Part shown: positions 52,705 through 63,900 of the stretch, in pieces
Position numbering within the stretch: the first letter of the stretch is position 1
Layout of the letters: the number at the start of each line of letters is the position of its first letter
DNA from: Bugula neritina
Taxonomy: Eukaryota > Animalia > Bryozoa
Direction: 5' to 3'
Length of the DNA: 64,000 nt
NCBI GenBank assembly: GCA_964035545.1
Contig: OZ037766.1
Location: 930,001 to 994,000, forward strand
Made by a program: the position numbers and the translations under genes
The notes under the pieces: model-generated
The model's database searches: none
Told to the model about the DNA's origin: nothing
The model's input: the letters and a program-made list of their open reading frames with translations, nothing else

Positions 52705-53177
52705 GGGTTACTGTCGTTTTGTACACAAGTCGTTTCGTACACCAGCCGTTTCGTACACCAGTCGTTTCGTATACAAAATGGTCGCTTCTTACACAAACTG
52801 CTATCCATTTCGTACCCAAAATGAATAAAAAATTAATCCACTGGATACCCACTTGAAAGTTGAATAATACTAGTTTACTTGGTTAGTTTATTAATTTATC
52901 ACCTATTATGATAAAGTTAAATGCGTTGATATTTGTTTCTATATGATTATAAATCATTATATTTATATGATTAAAATCATTATTGAACACGCTACTATTT
53001 TTTTGGTTTTATTTGGATTTATTGGATATTTTACATTAATCTATTATTGCTGTACTACTCATACATCAAATAACAATTAAATATAAAAAATATGCGTTAT
53101 CTAATTTATATTGATGCGCACGAAATGACGTAAAAAAGTGGGTACGAAACGACTTGTGTATGAAATGACTTGCACCC
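52705..53177. mobile_element. Non-autonomous DNA transposon / MITE-like element
   Basis: Imperfect ~38-bp terminal inverted repeats (left GGGTTACTGTCGTTTTGTACACAAGTCGTTTCGTACAC; right end reverse-complemented GGGTGCAAGTCATTTCATACACAAGTCGTTTCGTACCC), ~16-bp subterminal repeats, AT-rich core; no TSD recognised. Confidence 0.7.
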
Positions 53178-53811
53178 TTCCTGTGTTACAGCTAATATTA
53201 CTCTTCGTCTTACAGTTATTGTAGCTTGAGCTTAGTTATTACTTATAGTTATTATATTTATTCATTGTCATTGCTGATTACTGTAATCACTCATAGTTAT
53301 TGACATTAGTCACTCTTACTCTTAGTAACTGAGATAGTAATACTAATAGTGATAGTATGGGTATCAGACTCAGTATCACTATGACCAATGACAATAGTAA
53401 TAGTAATACTATTAGTTATTCTTATACTTAATCTGATGGTTATAGAGTATTACTATTATACTTTCAAAGTATTTGTGATAGTAACTGTTGGTATTACACT
53501 GGCAGTTTAAGTTACACATACTCATACTGCATGTCAAAGTGTAGGAGACTGTAACTATAAGACTCTCTAGTGACTAACTTACTACACAGTCTTACAGTTA
53601 GTTACAGTCTAACTATCAATTAGAGATCGTGCGAGACGGACGTGTTTTCGAGCGCAATTGGCAAATTGAAATTATTTCACAAAAAAAACTTTTTTAAACA
53701 TCTTTATTACCTATACTAATCATATATTTCCTTACATACTAACAATAAATCACTAACTATACATCTGTGAGCCTAAAGAAAAGGTGGTCTGGCCGATTTA
53801 GGCACTGCCTG

Positions 53812-54340
53812 GTCAGTTCAGTTGTCGCTGAGTTCAGTTGTCAGTTGATTTGGGACCAGTTTTTCTGAGTCACTAGACAGTAACTACTTTAGAGTAAATT
53901 ATTTAGTTATTTTTATTTTTTTCAGTGGTTTTGGATTTGAGTTGACTTGAGTTTATTTGTCGCTGAGTTCAGTTGTCAGTTGATTTGGGAACAATTTTTC
54001 CGAGTCACTAGACAGTGACGACTTTAGAGTAAATTATTTATTTATTTTTTATTTTTTTCAGTGACTGCTTTAGAGTAAATTATTTACTTATTTTTTATTT
54101 TTTTCAGTGATTTTGAATTTGAGTTGATTTGAGTTCAGTTGTCGCGGAGTTCAGTTGTCAGTTGATTTGGGACCAAATTTTTCTGAGTCACTAGACAGTG
54201 ACTACTTTAGAGTAAATTGTTTATTTTTATTTTTTTCAGTGACTACTTTAGAGTAAATTATTTATTTACTTTTTATTTTTTTCAGTGATTTTGGATTTGA
54301 ATTGATTGGGACAAATTTTTGAATCACTACTACTACTACT
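53812..54340 (+). repeat. Tandem subrepeats in the LINE 5' UTR
   Basis: About 3 copies of GTCGCTGAGTTCAGTTGTCAGTTGATTTGGGA...GAGTCACTAGACAGT plus extra CTTTAGAGTAAATTATTT...TTTTCAGTG modules. Confidence 0.85.
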
Positions 54341-54399
54341 CTAGAGCCAATCACATATTTTATTTTCTTACTTGTAAGTCCACCTTTTGATTTTAAAAA

Positions 54400-55386
54400 A
54401 TGAGTCAGTCTGATCGTAAGGCCAAGGGCTCACGAAACAGTAGTAGTAGTGGAAAGATAATGACATGTGGTACTTGTTCTAAAGCAGTCTCAGAGGAGGG
54501 AATTGAAGGTGAGATCTGTACATTGTGGTTTCACTATGGTTGCACAGAATTTACAAAGAGTAATGTTAAGGTACTAGAGTTGCCTGGGGTTCATTGGTAT
54601 TGTGAGAGGTGTGATCATCCAAACTTTCGCACACTTGAAAATAGGTATGATAATATTTTTAAAAATACACAAGAGCAAGTTAAATCAGCTCAACATGAGA
54701 TGACTAAAAAGCTCACAAACCTCGAGTCGGAATTACAGGTGACACTTGATAAAATACAGGTACAATATAATGATATGTGCAAGAATCAAAAAGTATTTGA
54801 AACAAAATTTACTGTTCTGGCTGATAAGTTTAATGAAGTTTCTGACAATAACCAAACACTAGGCAAGTCATATGCAGCTGTTACAAAGACCTTGGAACAA
54901 AATGTTATAAAAGTCCAGGAAAGCTTCGAGAAACAGACTAACTCTCTAGTTTCTAAAATAGAGAGTAGAGAAAGAAGGGAAAAGGACTCTGAATTAAGAT
55001 CTAGAAATATAGTTATTTTTGGAATAAAAGAGTATGACAATAGGGAGGAATGGGTCCAGCAAGTGGACAATATTATAAAGGAATGCCATGTTGACTTAAG
55101 TTTAGATAAAAGTAATATTTATAGGCTAGGTAGGTACGATGCTACAAAGCATACAGAGCGACCTCGCCCACTTAGATTAAGCACCAAGTCAGAAAGTCAA
55201 ATGTGGGATCTGCTAAGTAGGATTAATGGGTTGAAAATGCCAGGTGCTTTTGCTAGAAAAGACCTCACTAAGAAAGAACAGGATGAGGATTTTCGGCTCA
55301 GGAAAGAGTTGAAGGAAAGGAGAAATGTAGATCCGAATTCCAAATACAAAATCAAAAAGGGGAAAATAGTAAAAGTGACCAATTGA
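54400..55386 (+). CDS. LINE ORF1 (PHD finger, coiled coil, RRM-like C-terminus)
   Basis: CGTC...ICTLWFHYGC...WYCERC; heptad-rich middle; RSRNIVIFGIKE, RLGR, RPRPL motifs. Confidence 0.9.
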   Translation: MSQSDRKAKGSRNSSSSGKIMTCGTCSKAVSEEGIEGEICTLWFHYGCTEFTKSNVKVLELPGVHWYCERCDHPNFRTLENRYDNIFKNTQEQVKSAQHEMTKKLTNLESELQVTLDKIQVQYNDMCKNQKVFETKFTVLADKFNEVSDNNQTLGKSYAAVTKTLEQNVIKVQESFEKQTNSLVSKIESRERREKDSELRSRNIVIFGIKEYDNREEWVQQVDNIIKECHVDLSLDKSNIYRLGRYDATKHTERPRPLRLSTKSESQMWDLLSRINGLKMPGAFARKDLTKKEQDEDFRLRKELKERRNVDPNSKYKIKKGKIVKVTN

Positions 55387-58127
55387 TGGTACCAACAAAA
55401 TTATTACTATTAAATGCTAGGTCAGTAAGAGGCAAAATAAACAAAATACAAGTTCTATCCTCTGAATGTGACATTCTTTGTATCACGGAGACCCATCTCG
55501 ATCCCTCGTACAAAAATGATATGATATTAGACTCTTCACATAAACACATTTACAGGGTAGACCGAGATTGTCATGGAGGAGGAGTTTTGTTGGCTTTATC
55601 GCCCAACTTATCCCAAGAACAAATATTTTTTGAAAAATCTTTTTTTCCAATTGAGGTTGTTTGTGTCAGGGTCGGATGTTCTAGGAATGGGGAGGATTTT
55701 TTTGTGTTGTGTTTGTATATTCCACCTAAACTAACAAGGCAAGCTCTTGAACCACTTGATGATCTACTCAGCTTGATAAGCACAGATTTTCCAGGATCTA
55801 AATTACTAGTAGTAGGAGATTTTAATTTTCCCGACATTGACTGGAAAAATCTACAGGTGCGTGCATGCTCAAATCAAAAGGCTCTACATAGGAGTTTTTT
55901 AAATTGTCTTTTATCCCATGATTTGAGTCAAATTATAACTGAGCCTACTCACAATCTAGGGAATACACTTGATCTAGTTGTGACAAATAAGCAAAACTTT
56001 GTATCAGATTGTAGTGTGATACGCCCTGGAATCAGCGACCACTTTTTAATTGAAATCAGTGTGGTGGCAAATTTGAAACAATCACATAACCAAACACATA
56101 GTATCAAGTTATACAAGAAGGCTAATTTTGATGCCATTAGTGCACTCTCAGAGAAAGCTATGGCAGAAATAGAAAATTCAATTAATAACAGAGAGAGCAT
56201 TAACACTGTATGGGAAATCATAGAAACTGCTCTCAAGATAGCTGTCAATAAGTTTGTTCCTAAATGTCAGCCTAAAAATCGTAATATTAGGGAACCCATA
56301 TGGTTTAACAATACAGCCAGGCGTATGGTCAGACAACAACGTAAACTTTATGATAAAAGTAAGAAAACTGGCTCTGATGAAGACCAGAATAAGTATAAAT
56401 TAGCTAGGCGTAATAACAAAAAAATCTTTCGCAAGATGGAACAAGAACATTACAATAGAGTGTTATTTGAACCATTAGCAAGGGGTGACAGCAAACCATT
56501 TTACTCGTTCTATAAAAGAAAGTCTGGAAACTACTCTCAAGGATACATAGTTTTTAAAAATAAATCACTTTTTGAAACATCTGAGATCTTTAATGAGTAC
56601 TTTCAAAGTGTTTTTTCGAAAGGTGACTCTTATTCTATAGATCTTGAGACCACTGAAAGTTGCCCCATAAAGGTTACAAGTGATGGGGTTCTTAAATTGT
56701 TGAAAGAGCTCAAAAATGGGAAAGCTCCTGGCCCAGATATGTTAAGAAAAGAAGACCTTAGTCTGAATTTGGAGATTACCAGTAAGATTCTGTGTAAAAT
56801 ATTCCAATACTCACTAGATATTGGACAACTGCCTGACATATGGAAAGTGGCTAATGTGGTACCTATTCATAAAAAAGGTAATCGGGTAGATCCAGGAAAC
56901 TTTAGACCAGTTTCACTGACATGCATTTCATGTAAAATGCTAGAACACATTGTGCTTAGTAATATTCAAAAAGATCTCGAAAAAATTATAAAACCTCATC
57001 AACATGGGTTTAGAAGAGGGTTGTCATGCACTACTCAATTAGTGACTACTGTAAATGAAATTATGAAACTAGTAGATGACAATAATGTGGTTCACGCAGC
57101 AATATTAGATTTTTCTAAGGCTTTCGACAGGGTGTCTCACGGTCTGTTGGTTGGGAAGTTGTTGAGGTCGGGGATTGACCCGGGCATAGTTCGATGGATC
57201 AAAGATTTTTTGTCCAATAGATTACAAAGAGTGGTTATAGAAGGAATTGCTTCCAATGATTTGGCTGTTTCTTCGGGAGTTCCACAGGGTTCTGTGCTTG
57301 GGCCGTCCATGTTTTTGGTCTACATCAATGACATATCAGACATTCTCCAGTCATCCTCGATTAAACTTTTTGCAGATGATGCGTTACTTTATCGCCCAGT
57401 TAATACTCTAGAAGATTCAGTTAAATTTCAAGAGGATTTGGCTTCACTTGAACAATGGGCTTCTCAGTGGAAAATGTCTTTTAATACTGAGAAATGTCAG
57501 ATTGTTCGGTTTGCTAGGCAGGATTGCGACAATTATAGTCCTGAATATTTTTTAAACAACATGCCACTAGCCTTAGTGAAGAGTTTTAAATACCTTGGTG
57601 TTTTTATTTCAAATAACTTTAGTTGGGATTTGCACATAGAGACAATAACAGCTAGGGCTAGCCAAAGATTGGGTATGATTAAACACGTGCTCTTTGATGC
57701 CCCACGGAGGGTGAAGCGGGTTGCCTACCTCACTTTGTGTAGGCCACTGCTGGAATATGCGTGTGAGGTCTGGGACCCCCATCTAGCAAGACAGGTTTCA
57801 TTGCTAGAAGGCGTCCAGAGAAAGGCAATTAGATTTATTTTAGGTATTAAGGGCAGAAAGAGCGTTACTGAAGGGAGAATTTCTCTAGAGCTGGAAATTC
57901 TGGAATTGAGGCGCAGAAATGCCAGAATGTCCCTGATGCTAAAGTTTTTATCAGGCAGCAGCCACACTTCTTTTATTGAGAGTTTTAATCAAATACAAAA
58001 TAACATTCATAGTTACCAGACTCGTTCAGTTTTAGAAGGTGCTCCATTAGCTGTGTGTGCAAATACTAGTTTTTACTTACATAGTTTTTTACCTAGAACA
58101 TCGCGCGATCTACGCGGACTACCGTAA
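55386..58127 (+). CDS. LINE ORF2 (AP endonuclease + reverse transcriptase)
   Basis: ATG 55386 overlaps the ORF1 stop (TGATG). APE motifs NARS, ETHL, GDFNFP, LDLV, SDH; RT motifs QHGFRRG, DFSKAFD, GVPQGSVLGP, FADD, YLGV. Confidence 0.95.
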   Translation: MVPTKLLLLNARSVRGKINKIQVLSSECDILCITETHLDPSYKNDMILDSSHKHIYRVDRDCHGGGVLLALSPNLSQEQIFFEKSFFPIEVVCVRVGCSRNGEDFFVLCLYIPPKLTRQALEPLDDLLSLISTDFPGSKLLVVGDFNFPDIDWKNLQVRACSNQKALHRSFLNCLLSHDLSQIITEPTHNLGNTLDLVVTNKQNFVSDCSVIRPGISDHFLIEISVVANLKQSHNQTHSIKLYKKANFDAISALSEKAMAEIENSINNRESINTVWEIIETALKIAVNKFVPKCQPKNRNIREPIWFNNTARRMVRQQRKLYDKSKKTGSDEDQNKYKLARRNNKKIFRKMEQEHYNRVLFEPLARGDSKPFYSFYKRKSGNYSQGYIVFKNKSLFETSEIFNEYFQSVFSKGDSYSIDLETTESCPIKVTSDGVLKLLKELKNGKAPGPDMLRKEDLSLNLEITSKILCKIFQYSLDIGQLPDIWKVANVVPIHKKGNRVDPGNFRPVSLTCISCKMLEHIVLSNIQKDLEKIIKPHQHGFRRGLSCTTQLVTTVNEIMKLVDDNNVVHAAILDFSKAFDRVSHGLLVGKLLRSGIDPGIVRWIKDFLSNRLQRVVIEGIASNDLAVSSGVPQGSVLGPSMFLVYINDISDILQSSSIKLFADDALLYRPVNTLEDSVKFQEDLASLEQWASQWKMSFNTEKCQIVRFARQDCDNYSPEYFLNNMPLALVKSFKYLGVFISNNFSWDLHIETITARASQRLGMIKHVLFDAPRRVKRVAYLTLCRPLLEYACEVWDPHLARQVSLLEGVQRKAIRFILGIKGRKSVTEGRISLELEILELRRRNARMSLMLKFLSGSSHTSFIESFNQIQNNIHSYQTRSVLEGAPLAVCANTSFYLHSFLPRTSRDLRGLP

Positions 58128-60304
58128 AATTCAAGTCTTTTTACGATATGACGACCTTCTTTTGCCCGGCATCGGGATCTAAAGGTTCTTGAGTTACCTA
58201 GACCTAGACCTGAGTCTTACTTTACCGGTAAAGGTAGCAAGACTAAAAGTAAAAGTAAATGCAACACTAGGAGTAGGAGTAACAGTAACTGTAAGTCACT
58301 AACTCTAAGTGTAACAGTGATACAGTACTGGTTTTACTAAATCTAATAGTAATACTATCACTTATACTAATAGTAGTACTGATACGTGATGATGAATGAT
58401 CATTATTATGATTATAATTATCATTGTGATAATATTAATTATAATGATGAAATTGAATGTGAATATTCATTATTTATATATTTATAACTTTAACTGTCTA
58501 GTATCTTGGGACTGGTAATCAATTCATACATCAACTAAGCAACTGACCAATATATGCTTGAGCAATTTTTACAGCAGTTTGAAAGCCGTCACCTACATTT
58601 ACTACTGCCAGTAGAACAATCTCTATCAGCGAGTGAACATGAGAAGACGGCCACCTAAATAAGTAATACGATGTTACGCAAGTATAACTCTACTGACAAC
58701 TCCAACTCCTTGCTGCTAAATTACCTAATTCGAGTACTAACAATTAATTTATTTTAAGAAAAAAATTATATAAAAATTGAAAAAAAAAACAAATTAATGA
58801 CGTAATTTTAGATTGTCACAAAACAGTACATAAAATCAAAAAACAACACTGACTTAAAATAAGTTTGCACTAAATTTAGAAAGTAATCAATTGATGAGTA
58901 AAATCTTTGCGAAAGAGGTAAGCCGGTAAATCAGCCTTGACCTTTGCAAGGCATATGTACACATACACGGTAGAGAAGGCTCCTCAACTTTCATTGATTT
59001 GATAATCGAAGGCTTCATAGCTAGAAAATATGACAAGTCTTGCGGCTAATCGATTAACTGATTGTCAAAGTTGCTCAACACTCGGCTGCTCGCACAGACT
59101 GGGAATTGTACTTTGACTTTTGGGTGCGTGCTGAGCTATTCCATTTCGCACTCATGTTGTGTAATGTCGCAATATAAAATTAAATAAAATTCGTATCAGT
59201 ATGAGTATGAGTATATTTAATTTTATATTGGTAATACTAGTACTAGTAGTAGTAACTATAAGTTAAAAAGTAATATCAATTAATATTATTGCTTATTACT
59301 TATTAGTTATTACTTATTAGCAATTGTTATTACTATTACAGTATTAGTATTAGTATTACTATTACTATTAGTATTAATATTAGTATTAGTATTAGTATTA
59401 GTATTACTATTACTATTAGTATTACTATTAGACTTGCTCTTAGTATAAGTATTACATTTTGATTTTATTAATACTATAATACTTAATAGTAATACTAATA
59501 GTAATAGTTATAGTAATACTAAGTCTAATGTTATTATTAATAATATTAATTATATTTATAATAATAATATTATTATTGTTAGTATTACTATTGTATTAGT
59601 ATTACTATTAGCATTACTCTTAGTATTAGTATAACTAATACTAATAGTAATACTAATGGAAAATAATCAATAGTAATACTATAAGTATGACATTGACTAT
59701 AACTATTACTATTACTATTAGACTTGATATTACTTATTTAGTTTTACTTCTAGTTCTGATTCTAGTTATTACTTGTACTGTAGACGTAGTTGTAGTGCAC
59801 TTGTACTTATGTTTAGTTATTGGATATTTTCATTTTGCCTGTTAAAGTAATCTCTGAACACATGCCTGATAGTCATAGTGGTAGTGATACAGTGAATGTG
59901 ATATTGATAGTGATACTGATAGTCGGTGTGAGTGATCAAGGTGTGAAGGAAATGATCGGAGTACAAATTGCTTAAAATTAATTACTAATTTTAGTGCACA
60001 AGGTGCCATCGGTTCTCATTTTTTTTATAAAATCTTATACGTTGGGTGCCTGGGAACAACAGTAAACTGTAATGTGCTCTCTTGCACTATTAATTTTTTT
60101 AATTAATCCATTTAAAACTGCAATTTTAATCATTTTCAAGGCAAAAAAATAGATAAAAATAAAATAAATATATTAAATTACTGTGAATTTTAAAATCTAA
60201 AAATTTTCTTTAATCGGACTTTTAGTCCTAAACCATAGCAACTTTGACCTTAGTTAAGAGCTATTCTGTTCTCATATTCAACCATTATTGCTTTATAGAG
60301 AGGC

Positions 60305-63300
60305 ATGGCGGCAGCAAATATGAGACGCTCTCTCTTTCTGACAGCGACCAGCGGAGCTAATAACTTGCAGATCAGAGAAACCGCTGTTCCCGCTGTCCTT
60401 GCTGACCAGGTTCTGGTGAACGTCAAGTTTTGTGGACTCAACTTTGCCGAGTGCAGCATGAGACAGGCTAGTCTATGATTATTTTATGAGCCGATAAGGT
60501 GGCTCTCTCTATGAGCCAATAAGGTGGCTCTCTCTACGAGCCAATGAGGTGGCTCTCTCTATGAGCCAATGAGGTGGCTCTCTCTATGAGCCAATGACGT
60601 GGCTCTCTCTATGAGCCAATGAGGTGGCTCTCTCTATGAGCCAATGAGGTGGCTCTCTCTATGAGCCAATAAGGCGGTTTTCTCAAATGTTCATAGATGG
60701 CCTAGCAACTGCAATAAAAGTAAACAGTGATATGATTATGTATGAGTATACACTAGTAAATGTATATACTGGCATACTATATATTGTATATTATAGTATA
60801 ACATGCTAATAATTCATAAGATATAATATACGATGTAATTATGTAATATTATTATAGTATGTGAATGTGTAATAATTACATATGCATTTCTACAGGGGCT
60901 CTACTCCCCCATGCCCCCACTGCCCTACGTCCCTGGATACGAGTATTCTGGTATTGTCGGAGAGGTTGGTGCAGAGGTTAAAGATATCAAGGTAAATGGA
61001 ATCGCCGTGCTTTCATAGTTCTGGTTGAATCTGTCATTCCTGCAGTGTATTCTTTGATAAGCCGTAACACCTCCAGCACCTAAACCAAAGTATTTATAGC
61101 TCTGACTCAGCTCTGATGTTTACCAGGTGGGAGATAGAGTAGTCGGGGTTCAGAACTTTGGCTGCTGGCAGGACGTAATGGTGGTACCCGCTGACACCGT
61201 GTTTGTGCTGCCAGACAACATGAGTTTAGAAGATGCTGCCGCCATTCCCGTCAACTACATAACGGCCTACATCATGCTGTTTGACCAGGTGGTGCTGAGA
61301 GAGGGCCAGAGTGTGTTCGTTCACATGGCAGCAGGTAGGCTCACTTCCTGTCCACACCGGCAGCAGTTAAGTTCGCTTCCTGTCAGCTTTTCCTAACTTT
61401 TGTATTATTTTGTGTTTAGACCTTTTAGCTTGTAGAACGAAATTGGTTTTTGGAAAGAGTTGATCTACATCATAAATATCCTTGCTTGCTAGTGTAATGT
61501 GCTGCAGTTTGCAATTGTTAATGAGTAGTGAAATATTCTCATGTAGAGCAAGAGTTGTCTCATCATCTGAGCCATGTTTTGACTCCCACTAATGTCTAAC
61601 ACACTTGCAGTAGTAACCAGCGTTTAATGTGTATCTTAGGTGGAGTCGGTACTGCTGTGGGACAGCTGTGTCGTACTGTACCCAACATAGAGGTGTTTGG
61701 TACGGCCTCCGAACCTAAACACAAGCACTGCCTGGCCAATGGGATAACGTACCCCATTGACTACAAGACTAAAGACTACGTGACTGAGGTGAAAGCTATT
61801 TCACCCAGAGGTGAGTAATCAGTTACTACTGTACTAACTACTACCACTGTACTAACTACTACTATTATACTAACTACTACTACTATACTAACTACTACTA
61901 TTGTACTAACTACTACTACTGTACTAACTACTACTATTATACTAACTACTACTATTATACTAACTACTACTATTATATTCACTACTACTATTATACTAAC
62001 TACTACTACTGTACTAACTACTACTACTGTACTCACTACTACTACTGTACTCACTACTACTACTGTACTAACTACTACTACTGTACTAACTACTACTATT
62101 ATACTAACTACTACTATTATATTCACTACTACTATTATACTAACTACTACTACTGTACTAACTACTACTACTGTACTCACTACTACTACTGTACTCACTA
62201 CTACTACTGTACTAACTACTACTATTATACTAACTACTACTACTATACTAACTACTACTACTGTACTAACTACTACTATTGTACTAACTACTACTACTGT
62301 ACTAACTACTACTATTATACTAACTACTACTATTATACTAACTAATACTATTATATTCACTACTACTACTGTACTAACTACTACTACTGTACTTACTACT
62401 ACTACTGTACTCACTACTACTACTGTACTACTTGGTCTCAGGTGTGGATGTGATGTTGGATCCAGTTGGAGGTAAAGAATCCGTCAGATCTCACTCCCTA
62501 CTCAAACCTCTTGGGAAACATATTCACTATGGTATGTGTGACGCTATATGCTATTATATTATATCATATTATCATTAGCTAATACTACTATATGTTATTA
62601 TAGTATATTGTATTATTGTATAGTATATTGTATTGTAGTTGCTGTAATGTCTAATTATTATTACCAGTTATATTTGTCAAAAACATTTTATCCTCCAGGA
62701 GGATCTAGCTACGTGGAGGGGGCGGAGAAGGGGTTCCACACGGTGGTGAAAGTCGTAAAGAATTTCTTCACCTCTGGATCTTACAGTGGGTTTGGTCTGA
62801 TGGGTCGTAACGTCATGGTGGGTGGTCTGCATGTGGGCAAGTTGATGCTAGATCCGGCCAATCACGACATTGTCAGACGTTGCATGACTCATCTCATGCA
62901 GATGTACAGTGAAGGGAAGATCAAACCTGTAGTGGACACAATCTGGCACTTTGAGCAGGTGGGAGCAGCTTGTCACTTGTCAGCTCATGTCATACAACCT
63001 TGAGGTGTGGCCTGTCATTCTATGAGTCAGTTTTGACTATACTGTGTGGTGTGTGCAGACTATACTCTGTAGTGTGTATCCTGTTCAGTCATCTTCTCTT
63101 GTCTCAAATGTCAATAGCATAACTGTTACACATTATTTGTTGATGTAAGCTCATCACTCATTGGCTAAAGTGTTGTAAGGTTCTAAAATAATTAGGACAC
63201 TCGACAGTTCTTCCTTTACTGTAGATCACTGAGGCCATGGACCAGCTCTACAGCCGCAAGAATGTTGGTAAAGTGTTGCTCAACGCTGAGAAGATGGCTA

Positions 63301-63320
63301 CAACAGAGCCTGAGAAGTAG
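60305..63320 (+). CDS. VAT1: Synaptic vesicle membrane protein VAT-1-like NADPH quinone oxidoreductase (MDR family), 7 coding exons, 360 aa
   Basis: Exons 60305-60466, 60896-60991, 61127-61334, 61640-61810, 62442-62531, 62699-62958, 63225-63320 (1083 nt, phases consistent; intron 1 GC-AG). Motifs CGLNFA..MRQGLY, PGYEYSG, PVNYITAY, HMAAGGVGTA, GVDVMLDP, RKNVGKVLL. Confidence 0.92.
60486..60675. repeat. Intronic minisatellite, 25-bp unit ATGAGCCAATGAGGTGGCTCTCTCT
   Basis: About 7.5 copies starting ~20 nt after VAT1 exon 1. Confidence 0.9.
61823..62430. repeat. Intronic repeat, 18-21-bp unit (ACT)n-GTACTAACT / ATTATACTAACT
   Basis: Fills nearly all of VAT1 intron 4 (61811-62441). Confidence 0.93.
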
Positions 63321-63357
63321 AGACTTCCTGTGTTGGTGGGTTTATTATGCTCCAGCT

Positions 63358-63900
63358 TCTACAGTATCTACACTACTTTCTATACTCTACAGTATCTACA
63401 CTACTTTCTATACTCTACAGTATCTACACTACTTTCTATACTCTACAGTATCTACACTACTTTCTATACTCTACAGTATCTACACTACTTTCTATACTCT
63501 ACAGTATCTACACTACTTTCTATACTCTACAGTATCTACACTACTTTCTATACTCTACAGTATCTACACTACTTTCTATACTCTACAGTATCTACACTAC
63601 TTTCTATACTCTACAGTATCTACACTACTTTCTATACTCTACAGTATCTACACTACTTTCTATACTCTACAGTATCTACACTACTTTCTATACTCTACAG
63701 TATCTACACTACTTTCTATACTCTACAGTATCTACACTACTTTCTATACTCTACAGTATCTACACTACTTTCTATACTCTACAGTATCTACACTACTTTC
63801 TATACTCTACAGTATCTACACTACTTTCTATACTCTACAGTATCTACACTACTTTCTATACTCTACAGTATCTACACTACTTTCTATACTCTACAGTATC
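63358..63900. repeat. Homogeneous 28-bp minisatellite TACAGTATCTACACTACTTTCTATACTC
   Basis: About 19 copies, no variants seen, starting ~40 nt after the VAT1 stop. Confidence 0.95.

Larger units (their letters stand above)
53623..58211 (+). mobile_element. Full-length two-ORF non-LTR retrotransposon (RTE-X-like; CR1/L2 group not excluded)
   Basis: 5' end with GGACGTGTTTT, repetitive 5' UTR, PHD-type ORF1, APE+RT ORF2, short 3' UTR with a small stem-loop (CCCGGCATCGGG) and an (ACCTAG)n tail. Ends approximate. Confidence 0.9.

Noticed and set aside
56372-56392. Other CTGATGA motifs (also ~8031 and ~17225) as hammerheads
   Set aside because: No stem II plus GAAA or stem I complementarity.
53600-58230. 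Target-site duplication around the LINE
   Set aside because: No matching direct repeat found by eye, so element ends remain approximate.
58890-59155. Minus-strand short ORFs as a longer CYC1 presequence exon
   Set aside because: Frames hit stops or lack targeting-peptide character; no convincing frame-compatible donor.
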